From: Macrostomum hystrix
Lineage: Eukaryota > Animalia > Platyhelminthes
DNA: 64,000 nt
NCBI GenBank assembly: GCA_950097015.1
Contig: CATNEN010000041.1
Span: 2,232,001-2,296,000, forward strand
Direction of reading: 5' to 3'
Part shown: positions 10,912 through 22,900 of the stretch, piece after piece
Layout: each line of letters starts with the position of its first letter
Position numbering within the stretch: position 1 is the first letter of the stretch
Notes under the pieces: model-generated
What the model saw: only the letters and a program-made list of their open reading frames with translations
Databases searched by the model: none
Told to the model about the DNA's origin: nothing
Program-made: the position numbers and the translations under genes

Positions 10912-13900
10912 ATGAGCGTTTCTCTGAGGCTCATTGTCATATGCATTGCTGTGCTCGGAAATGGACACACCAGCCTCTGCAGCATTGATCTGGGTAAGAT
11001 TTCCGCTAGTAACTGCATGAGCAGCTTTTTTAACTAATGTGGCATGATGAGCTCGTACTTATTTGCCGGAACTTCAAGCTTGAAGTCATTTCTACAGAGC
11101 TTTTGATAGATTCTTTGAAGCTGTTCGAGCTTCAAATTATCACCGAACTTTTGTCACAGACGCAGAGGATGCGCCGCCTCTGGTGTCCTACGGCCCACAC
11201 CAGGTCAGGGCCGTCGGCACAGCTTATGCCGAGTTCCCGCCTGCGGCAGTGAAGCTCAGCTGGTCAACCGCAGGCCATCCAGCGCTCGCGAATCAGTCAT
11301 ACTTCAACGGTTACGCCACCTCCGACTACTTCCTGTTCACCTTCGACTTAGTCAACGACATTCGGGGCTACGTGATCGGCCGGGACTCTCCCGGCATCTA
11401 CGTGAAGACCTTCCAGCTCGCCTACTGCAGCTCGCCCGGATCAACACTGCTGAGCTACTCTGCAGGCTCTCATTACTCCCCAGCGCTGCTGCCTGGCATC
11501 AACAGCAGCGACATGAGCAACCACACCTACCAGCTTCCCTTCGGCAGCATCAGGGCGCGGGTGCTGAAGCTCACACCAGTCGACTTTGTTGGCAACAAAT
11601 CCATCAAGATTGAGTTCGTCGGTCTGCCCGTTCGTGAGTGAATTCAGGCTACTCCGAATTGTGCCGACGGTAGCCGCAGATCATTTTCGAGGTGCAGCTT
11701 GATTGAATTACCATAAATGATAACTGGCATAGGGGATGCTCGCTTACCCCTGCTTCACGAAGCCAACCCTTTGATACAGTACCAGTATAACGTCTTTAAA
11801 GATGAACAAATCAACCAGAGAATCTGGATTTTTTGGCAAAACATTTCGATTGTGATTTGATCGACTCAAGAACTTGACATCATTCTAGGATTTAGGCAGA
11901 CTAGGGCAAGTTTTGTCGAGGTTCCTCAAAATAAATTGCTCAATAGCTGCTATTCCACGCGGTCTCTCTGAGGACTAAGGTAGCAAATATACATTTCTCT
12001 CCTGTACTCTCCAATGGACTGAGTTTGAGGCTAGCCCATAGACAAGATAATCAACAGCAAATCATGCGAAATGTGGTTGTGCTTGGAGAACACTCCAGTT
12101 TAAACGGCTGCTGCTTTGGCTTTCAGAGTGCCCGCCCATTTCAACCTACAAGCTGACTCTGCCGGCGCCCAGGCAGGTCAACGCGACATCCTTCACACTG
12201 AGCACCAACAACAGCCAGACCGTCTGGTTCGAGGACCTCTATCATGTAACGAACGTGTCACTAACAGGAAACAACTGCACTCAGAGTCAGTCCATGGTGA
12301 TCACTTTCATCACTAACAATGGGATTGCCGTGGGTGACCCACTGGTGAGTTCTGTCTCCTGGCCACTTATGCGGGCCGAAAAGCCTACATATAGTGGCGG
12401 CAATAACTAGAAGAAGGATGTTGCGCTTGCAATTGGTGGGAACTTTTGCGAATCTCGCTTACACCTAAGGGCACGTTGAGTAGATAGCAAATAATAATTT
12501 TTTAACTTCATGAAATTCGCTAAGCGTCACAGCTTGGACACCTGCATCGGAGCATTTGAAGTATGGAAGACAATTACTTTTTTGAGAGCATTATTTCTTG
12601 AGCATTTTGTCAATGTGTTATTTTCTATAAATCGTTGAACTGTACAGTTTTGTAAAACAATTTGGAATAGGGCTTGATGTGAACTGTTTGGTTAAATAAA
12701 CGAAATGAAGGCAATCGATTGCGAATGCATGTTCTCTGTAGCAGCAAGAGGCCAAAAGAGATATCAGACACGGAGCTTCATCAGTGCATGCAAGCTACCT
12801 TTACTCCTGCTATTTCGATGCAACCACATTTTCAGACGCTGACGGCCAACCCGGAAGACATTATGGGCACGCTGTACCCACTGAACGCCACCGTCAACGC
12901 TGCCAAGGTCCGGGTTTACTTCCGAAGCAGAGACTGCGACAACGTTGAGTTCAAATTCTTCGGCTGCCTTGCCGACGGTGCGTCAAAATAAGCACAATCT
13001 CAGAATACTAATATGAGTTGACTTGATATTCAGCAACAGCCTGCCAGTCAATTGGCAGCATTGAATAGCGCCTCAGTTTTCGTCCATTATGTTAGACAGC
13101 CGTTATAATTTCCCCACGAGCTTTCCATTACTTTAATTTTATGTCTCTAGACAGAACCCTGCTGTTTTAGCTAGCCAAACTCTGGGACGTCTGTCAAGCG
13201 TGTTGTCAGAGGTGACAAGTCGCAGCTGAAGTGGAAGTTACCATTTGTTTCTTTCTGCAGCCTCTGTCTATTGTATTATTTTCCAGTTCAGGTTTTTTAA
13301 TTCCTTGAGAAGCTAAAACACTTTCAAAATGAGACCTGCTCCATGCCTGGGCCTGCATTCTGCCTCAGCCTTCTCCGGGCAGGAATGCATGGAAACTCTG
13401 GAAAGCAAACAGCACTGTGGGGCTCCCATAGTCCCACATTCTTTGCCATATGGTCACAAATGCTTTTTGCTCTACTTGGATGGACGACAACAATTGAAGC
13501 CATGCATTGACTTTTGAAGCGAAGCTTGCAGAAGCTTCTGATCAGCAGGTCGGGCCTTCCTCTGCTGCTACAGCTTTCTCATCTGTTTTGGAATCAACGA
13601 TTGCCTTCATCGATCAGTACAGGAAAGATGCGCATTGTGGCCCAGCTTCACACCAAGTCCCAAGTCCTGCACAGCTTCCCCCGCCCCTATATTGTCTTCA
13701 TCTGCGGCAGCTGAATCCAAGTCCTTGTTTGTCAGCCGCCTTGCGCGTGACCGGTCGAGTGGAGATTCTGCAGCTCTCGCTTATGCTACTTTAATATGCA
13801 GCTATGAGAAATCCAAGTGGGCCGGGTGGGCAGTGACTTCTGCAGCTGATTTTGCTGAAGGAAGTCGTTGGGGTAAACCAGGTGATGTAGCCTTAATTTT

Positions 13901-16900
13901 TGGAATGTCACTAGCGAGCCACTGAACCCGTTGCACAGAATGCCCGGCCTCGTCCTTCTACTTCAACGGTCAGTGCTACTATGCGGGCAAAGAGCCCCCG
14001 CGGCACCGGGCTCTGGGCCTGAAGCTCTGCCGAAGCGTTAACTGGATGGACAGAGGCGGCATATTTTTGCCGCGCTCCTTCGAGGACAACATAATCGTGA
14101 CCATGGCGGCCCTGCAGTTTGCCGGCTCACTGGATAGCACGTTCTTGGTTCACCTCGGCTTGACAAAGACCAGCAGCGGCTGGGTGAGCGAGGAAAAGCC
14201 TGGCTTGGCTTTAAAATGGAGCTTCTTTGAGCCGTTCCAGATTCAGCCGGAGCACACTGTAGTGCTGGCCAACCTAAGCCGTATGAGCTGGTGGGGCTCC
14301 GTCAACGCGTCCCTGCCCGCCCACACCATCTGCGAAGTAACTGCAGGTGATCCTTCGTAATAGCTGGAAAGGTGCCAATAAGCCGTAGCCAGGAGAGACA
14401 AATGCGTTGTTGTAGAAAAACTTTGCGAATGAAAATTTAGTTGCTTTCAATAAAAAAAGTATTTTAGCTAGAATAGAAGATTTAAGTGACAATATTGTCT
14501 TCATCCGCTAACCGGGAGCAGTTCCTCTTCCAGGCCGCAGGCAGAACCGAAGCTGCGATGAGCCCTACTTTCTGCCGGTGCCGGACAGGAGCTACGGCGC
14601 TGTCTCACAGTCGGAACTCAGCAAGTCAGCTGACAACATCAGCCTCTTTGACGCGACCAGGCAGTGTATGGAAGGCTCAGTTGCAGGCACCAGTTGCAAC
14701 TATGTAGTCCAGAACCAGACGCATTTTGCCATGTCGAATAAGCCCGTCCGAGGCTTCTACCCGTTCCAGAGCGAGAAGCTGGGCAGCTACACGGGCTTCT
14801 TCGTATTCTGCCGCTGTGAGTTCGTTTGCTGCCTGATTCTGACTCAACAACGGCTGTATAGACTGCACAGTGTACTACCCAGCTTGCCACATGGCTTGGA
14901 GCAACCCGTGTGTACCACAAGCCCATGCCTACCACAAACCCCCGCCTACCACAAACCCATGCCTAACACAAACCCCTGCCTACCACAAACCCATGCCTAA
15001 CACAAACCCCTGCCTACCACAAACCCCTGCCTACCACAAACCCCTGCCTAACACAAACCCCTGCCTACCACAAACCCCTGCCTACCACAAACCCCTGCCT
15101 AACACAAACCCCTGCCTACCACAAACCACTGCCTAACACAAACCCCTGCCTACCACAAACCCCTGCCTACCACAAACCCCTGCCTACCACAAACCCCTGC
15201 CTACCACAAACCCCTGCCTACCACAAACCCCTGCCTACCACAAACCACTGCCTAACACAAACCCCTGCCTAACACAAACCCCTGCCTACCACAAACCACT
15301 GCCTAACACAAACCCCTGCCTACCACAAACCCCTGCCTACCACAAACCCCTGCCTACCACAAACCCCTGCCTACCACAAACCCCTGCCTACTACAAACCC
15401 CTGCCTAACACAAACCCCTGCCTACCACAAACCCCTGCCTAACACAAACCCCTGCCTACCACAAACCACTGCCTAACACAAACCCCTGCCTACCACAATC
15501 CCTGCCTACCACAAACCCCTGCCTACCACAAACCCCTGCCTACCACAAACCCCTGCCTACCACAAACCCCTGCCTACCACAAACCCCTGCCTACCACAAA
15601 CCCCTGCCTAACACAAACCCCTGCCTACCACAAACCCCTGCCTACCACAAACCCCTGCCTACCACAAACCCCTGCCTACCACAAACCCCTGCCTACCACA
15701 AACCCCTGCCTAACACAAACCCCTGCCTACCACAAACCCCTGCCTACCACAAACCCCTGCCTACCACAAACCCCTGCCTACCACAAACCCCTGCCTACCA
15801 CAAACCCCTGCCTAACACAAACCCCTGCCTACCACAAACCCCTGCCTACCACAAACCCCTGCCTACCACAAACCCCTGCCTACCACAAACCCCTGCCTAC
15901 CACAAACCCCTGCCTACCACAAACCCCTGCCTACCACAAACCCCTGCCTAACACAAACCCCTGCCTACCACAAACCCCTGCCTACTACAAACCCATTCCT
16001 ACCACAAACCACTGCCTACCACAAACCCCTGCCTACTACAAACCCATGCCTACCACAAACCCCTGCATACCACAAACCCCTGCCTACTACAAACCCATGC
16101 CTACCACAAACCCCTGCCTACCACAAACCCCTGCCTACCACAAACCACTGCCTACCACAAACCCCTGCTTACCACAAACCACTGCCTACCACAAACCACT
16201 GCCTACCACAAACACATTTTTACAACAAACCCCTGCATACCACAAACTGCAGTTGGCCCAGAAAGTACAAGCCCCACTCCTCAAACCAGTCAAATTCATT
16301 TTGTTGAGAGAGAAAGAGTGCTTTTCGTTCCCGAATATGCGAACCTGAAACGCAAACCAACGGAAGCTTTACTTGTAAAGGCCTGTCGTATGATGGCAGT
16401 TGCGAGCTGGCGTACCCCTAACTGAACAGCTTTCGTGTGCGCCATCTGATTAAACTTAACAATGAAGGGCCGAAAGAAGTGTGAGATTTCATTCTGTATT
16501 TATTATTATTATTACTAATCTTAAGCGTCTGATGTCGAGAAAGTGTTCGCAAACTTCGCCAAGACAACTAGAACGTCCAACCCGGCTGTGGGAACGACCG
16601 GCGTACCTCTAGCAGCGGGCAGTTTCTGGAGTGGCACTGAGCTTGTCGTAAGTGGCAGCTGCATTCCATTAGGAGCAAATTAGTTAAGCTATTTAAAAAT
16701 GTATAAAATACGTGCTGATCAATGTAACGCATGGCCATGTGACTGTGCTCTTGCAGATGAAGTTGCCAGCAAAGTATCTGCTAGATAGTGTGCTCATGAT
16801 GTGCTACATTTCAAACTCAATGTTTGGCAGCCAGGATCTCAAATTTGTAATGGAATTTTTTAACTACAATTTCAACTCGTGGGAAATGACGTCCAACGAC

Positions 16901-19900
16901 TTCAAGAGTGGAGTGCCGGTGAGTCTTGGACCAATTCGTGTGGCTTCCAATCATTGTTACGAATTTTGTTACGACTCCTTCAACCTGGAATCCAACGAAG
17001 ATTTAAAATGCCTCCCGCGCTACGGAAATTGAAACCGAGTCTTATACCATATTCGCAGGCACCGGTGGTCATCCCGAAGGCATCGATATTCACTCCGATG
17101 TACTACCTGATCGTCAATGCCGCCTTCAGCGACAGTCTTCGATTGACGACAACTTGGGATCGCAGCGTTGGGATCAAAATGGATCTGTATGCAAGAATGA
17201 AGAACATAAGCGGTAGGACAGTTTTTACGAGTATATTGAGAATAACGTGTGATACTTGCTCACATTGTACTTATGTATGTACATGCGACATTTAGCAGCC
17301 CTCGCTATGCAAGAGAGTATCTCTCCTTTGGTAGACTTGACTCTGTCTCGTCTCTGCCAGTTAGCTAGCAGCCACAACACTTTAATTGATATACGTGAAG
17401 CTGATCCAAATTGGATTGCGATCGCTTTTACACTATTTATTTGCTACTCTTTCACAAGTGCAGTTGGGTGTTTCTTTTAACGCAGAGCTATCTTCGACCG
17501 CCTGCAATCGCTCGCAGTCAGTGGTGCTGGAGCATCCTTACTTCGGAGTCGCCACGCTGCCCTGCTATCGAAGCTCCATTGTCGTGTACCAGAAGCTTTC
17601 GGCAAGCCTCGAGACCGGACGAGCTGCAGTCGACTACCGTCTCGGTTTTGCTCTGAGCCGGCCTGCCATGGACTTCAACTTCGTTCAGGCTGACCAGCTG
17701 AGCTTCTGGACTGGACTGGACTTCTTAGAGCAGTTTCCGTCCTACTTTGCGAGCCAATGGCCTCTGACTCTGAGGCTGGAGGCCTCAAACGCACAGGGAC
17801 TCGGCAAGTATGTGGAGTGCAAGGAGTGGTGGGTCGGGTCCCGCGCAAGCGGCTACCGAATGCATGTGAAAGACTGCCAGACCGGCACTCTGGATGAGTA
17901 CACTTTGGTTGAGCTCGACAAGGCGCAGTTCGGCTTATTCTCTAATCTGTCTTGTGCGCAGCCGCTTTCTTCCTGGTGGCAAAGCCAGTGTGATTCCAAA
18001 AACTTCATCAAGCTGACAGCGGACTCAAATGGAGCGTCCAGGTGGCTTCCGGACCTGCCGGCTGACAGTGGCATGCGAGTTCGCATTCGCTTGTTTCCGC
18101 CTGGCATGATCCCCGGTGAGGCTGTTTTGTTTTCATTCCCGCAATGAAATACTGCTAATTAAAGTAAAAATTAAGAAAGTAGAAGTCATGCCGCAGCTAT
18201 AAAAAAGTTAAAAATACCTATCTACAGCCAGCCTTTGTGCGTATCAGCATGATGACATCCTCATTTCCTACAATTTAGACTCACATCGTGGCGAAATGGG
18301 TGATCCCTGCACAATGGATATCAACTGCAGCAACCAGACGGTCTGCATTCCACAAGGGTCTTCACTCACACCACAGTGTGGGTGTGCCAACCTACAAGAT
18401 CAGAATTCACAGACATGCGACATCACTGTGGACATGAGCATGTTTTTTATCAACGAAACGTTCAATATTCCGCCGATTCGAGGAAGTGCAAGTCAGTTCA
18501 CTGCAATGATTGGAATGAAGTATGCCAGCGGTAGCGCTGAAATACCAGATTCTGCTCCGCCAAAGCCACTCGCGAGGTTCTATTCTTACTTTCTTAACAA
18601 GTCATCCAACGTCTACCCCCCGGTCGATCAGCAGTTGTACTATCAGCACAGTCCCGTGAGAGTAATCGAAGGAGACATTTTCAAAGGACGCAGATTACAC
18701 GATGAATTCTTCTTCACCATCTCAGCCAACTTCAGCATGCCGAAAGGCGGGCAGTGTGTCTCTGCCTCTTACCTGTGTGTCGGCTTTATCGCCACGGAAA
18801 ATGAGACCGTGCGAGACTCAAACCCAGGAAACAATGCGATATGCAAAAATATTGATAGCCAAAAGGTGTGCCAACCAGAAGGTGACACCGCGCTGCTGAA
18901 CCTAACCCTGCTGCACCTGAGCCCAAGTCGGCTTGTGCGGCATCAGAACGTGTCTGCTGCATACCTTCTCACAATTCAAATCAAAGATATCAGCCGACCG
19001 ATTTTGGATTCTGTGACTGAAGACAATTTCGCTGTTTACCTATACCTGGCGACAAGCGACTGTCAGAAAGCTGGAGGCAGCGACAAGACTGTTAAAAACT
19101 GTTTAGCCGAGTCTCTTGATCGCTTTGAGATGCAAACGGAAAACCGAACTTTGCTTAAGATCGGGTACAGCAGTGGAGATGTTTTCACACTGAGTGTTCA
19201 GCCTCCGCCTTTTGAAATCAACCAGACTCAGTGCAACCGCACCTCGCACTTCTGTGTGATGTTTACTAGCGCTGTTAACTCGTCATACTCGGAGCGAAAC
19301 TTCAGCAACAGTGTGGCTTGTCATCCGGTGGAAACGTTCTGCATGATTTGTAAGTGTAACAATGCAGCTGCTTCAATTTTTATCTAGAGCTGATAGAACA
19401 CAGAGTGATTTTTTGTTTTTACTGAATGAATTTGGCTCACGTTAGATTCGTCTTAGTACCTGTCAATACGACAGGAAATTGAGAATTTCATGAGATTCGT
19501 GAATATCAAGTCTTGAATGTCTTGGGCCTTGACGAACAGGTAGACTTCACATTCAAGCCTTGAAATACTAAGGTTTTAGTGGAGTTTTCCACACAAACTG
19601 ATTGGTTCAATTAGGCTGCTCACTTAGCTAATTCCTTACCTGATCATTTTGCATGCAACCATGTGCCTTTTTAGTCTCCGACGTCTCGCTGGAAACTGTA
19701 GCCCTGATTCCGAATACGACAGACCCCTGGGTTCCTGAGTACCGCCACACTGCTTCGTTTTCGCTCGGCGTGCGCCTGGTCAGCGGCTCGAAGATCGACC
19801 CTGTAGTATCGCCCAGTATCAACTTCCAGCCAGAAATTTCGATTATATTTCCCAACTCCTCCGGCCCGCTACTAAACATGGAGAGCGTTGAGTGCATCGA

Positions 19901-22900
19901 GAAGGACAGGACCTTGGGACTTCAGGAAGGTCAAATTGTGTACGTCTTTTGCGACGCCACATTTTTCGTAAGCTTCCAACAGTGCACAACGAAGCAAGTG
20001 ACTCTGCGATTCGGAATGGTGAATTCGGTCAATCCGAGTTACATTGACGCGAACGAAGCGAATAACTGGAAGGATGTTGAAGTTATGAATTTATTCATTT
20101 GCATTGGTGAGATCATAAATGATTGGGTATTCTCGTAATTTGCAAGAATCCAACCACCTAGAATATTATTTCTAATTTTTTGTAGGACTCGCGATTTCCA
20201 ACCCGAGAGTTGTTCATGACACTTACATCTTACCCGATAAGGCAGCAAAGTTTGTCGTACAATGGGACTCTGGGACATATTTGGATTGTCTCATATCCAG
20301 TCAGGATGGTTACAATGCAACATGGAACTGGCAGCGGAACGGATCGATTGATAGCTACCGCGCCTACTCGTTGTCCGTCCAGCACCAATTCACTGGATCT
20401 TATGGAGACTATATTGTTAGCTACAGTTGTGCAAACGAAATTAGCAGCTACAGCGAAAGCAGATCCATCCTATACAATCCTAACCCGATTGATCTCGTCA
20501 TTACGGCTTTGTACGAGCGGCTGCCCGCTCCAAACAACGTAACTTTTGCGTTCGGTATGAAAACTCTGGGCAGTGGATATGTGAGACTAAACTGCACATT
20601 CACATTTTACACGGGCAACGTACAGTCGTATCAAGATCTCAGGTTCTACTTCGGCACTCCACTGAGCATTTCCTACATATATGATCCTGGGAAGTCTGTC
20701 GTAACTTCCTCCGTGCAGTGCTTGAACCCGTGCGGAACGTACAGCAATTCCTACGAATTTCGACTTTACACACCTTTCGAAATCGAAGGTGTTGAAATTC
20801 GGGTCAACGGGACCATCTTGCGCACTAATGAAAAAATCTCAATCCAGATCACGGTTCAGAACGGAACTGACGTCACTTACACCGTAACTATGACTGATGC
20901 AACTAGCAAAGTGATTGTGCACCCAGAGCCCGTTTCATACACACAGTCAATTAATGTTACGCATGCTTTCAATGTGCCTGGGGTCCACCGAATACATGTC
21001 CTCGCCTCGAGTCCGATGAATCGGGAAAGTAATGAATTTTCTGGAATTCTCGTGCAGAATCCCATCGCATCAATGTCTCAGCTGCCACATCAATATGCTG
21101 CGATGCCTAGCATCAACTTCTCGCTAATTCATGGGCCTGTTTTGCCGACAAATGTCACATGCGCAGTAAAACTTCAACGTGAACGCGACCATCAACTACA
21201 AACAATAGCATTTACAAAGTCAAACGAGTTTGTTCTTTTTAACTGCTCTCCGTTGTACATCACAGAGGAAATGCTATTGTCAGTCCATTGCTGGAATCTC
21301 GTCAGCGAGTACCGTAGGAACTCCACTATCGTGTGCGAAGAGGCCGTAGCAGGTCTCGAAGTAAACGTCAGTGAGACGTTCATTGAAGTCATGCAAATAA
21401 TGAACATTACAATCAATGTGTCAAATGGAACAACAGTGACGTATACAACTAATTTTGGTGATTCGTCGCCGAGTTCTGTGTACGTTCATCCAAGCAAGTA
21501 CGCATCTAGCAGTGCAGTACAATTGGCGCACTCTTATGCAACTGCGGGTAACTATGCCGTCTCGGTGAACACATCGAACCCCGTGAGTTCACAGAAAGTT
21601 CTGCTTCAGCCTATATCAGTGCTTAGGCAACTGATTAACGTCTCTGTAAACTACAAGGACACAGTTAATTGGCCCGTGGAAGGCGCGCGCTTCATTGTCA
21701 ACAATATTCCGGAAATGCAAACCGAACTTGTTGTATGCGATTTTCAGTTTTCAAACTTTGGATCCAGAAGAGTTTTTATACAAAACCTGACTAGAAATTC
21801 TGATGCCGTCGTCACATTCGCTTATTCCTTCGAGGCTGTGGGTACACAGGAAGTAAGCATGTGGTGCCGGAATCCAGTCACACCTGATGGAGTGAGGCGC
21901 AATTTTTCACTTGTGGTTTTGAAAGAAAATGTAAAAATTGCCAACTTCACATCGAATGGAACCGTATGGAACGGTGCACCTACTATATTTCTGCTTGATA
22001 TGCTTAGCCTTCCAAACGAAACCTGCATTGAGGTGTTTTACAATGATTCGCTCGTTCCAACTGAAATGCTGGGGTCAACGGAATGGTGTCGTGTTTTTGC
22101 AGATCAAAAAAATGCCAACTATAGTACAATCAATCTGTCTCTAACTAGAATTACGTGGAGTCGAGTCTTACCAACCGTGGGTGTAATTCCTGTTTCAGTT
22201 TTTGCCTACAACAACGTCAGCAACGATTCAGCGCAAACATGGGCTATTGTGATTGACATTCCTTGTGACAAACCGAAGGTAAGACTGTTCGACTCTGCAT
22301 CAACTCTTTTGCAGGCCTCATCTGTGCTGCAAAAAATGAAGTCAGAGCCTGTCAACTTGACTGCGATTGCTCAATATAACTGCTCAAAGCCGACCAACAT
22401 GAGTATCCTCTGGACCGTGGTGTCAGTGCAGTCGTCTGCCCAGCTTCCACTCTGTACAAGCGGCGGCACTCACTGCGAGATACTGCATCGGATCCTACCA
22501 TATGGACTGTACAATGTGTCATTCACTGCGGAACTGACGGCGGACCCTGCACTGAAGGAGACTGTGTGGATCTTGCTGAACATCACAAAGACTCCTTTGA
22601 GTCTTGGAGCGATTGTCGGTCTAGAAGCCGTGTCGTTCAATCAGAGTTTTGTGATGACCGCATCCATGTCAGCAAGAGATCTTGATGTTGAGGACGGTAA
22701 TCTCAGCGGCATGACATTCCAATGGAGCTGCTCGAGACAAGGTGAAGCAGATTCCACCAGCATCATCAGTGTTCCCTCACAGAATGATGTCAGATCAATT
22801 TCTGTTCTGAGAGGATGCTTCGGCAATGGACCAGGAGTCATTCTCGTTGGGAATGCAAGCAGTGCGGGTTCTCTCACAGTCAACTCATTCGAACCTATTT

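Noticed and set aside
13329-13925. Cluster of short ORFs in intron 4 of paralog 1
   Set aside because: No recognisable domain or consistent frame; possibly a decayed element, but this cannot be supported.
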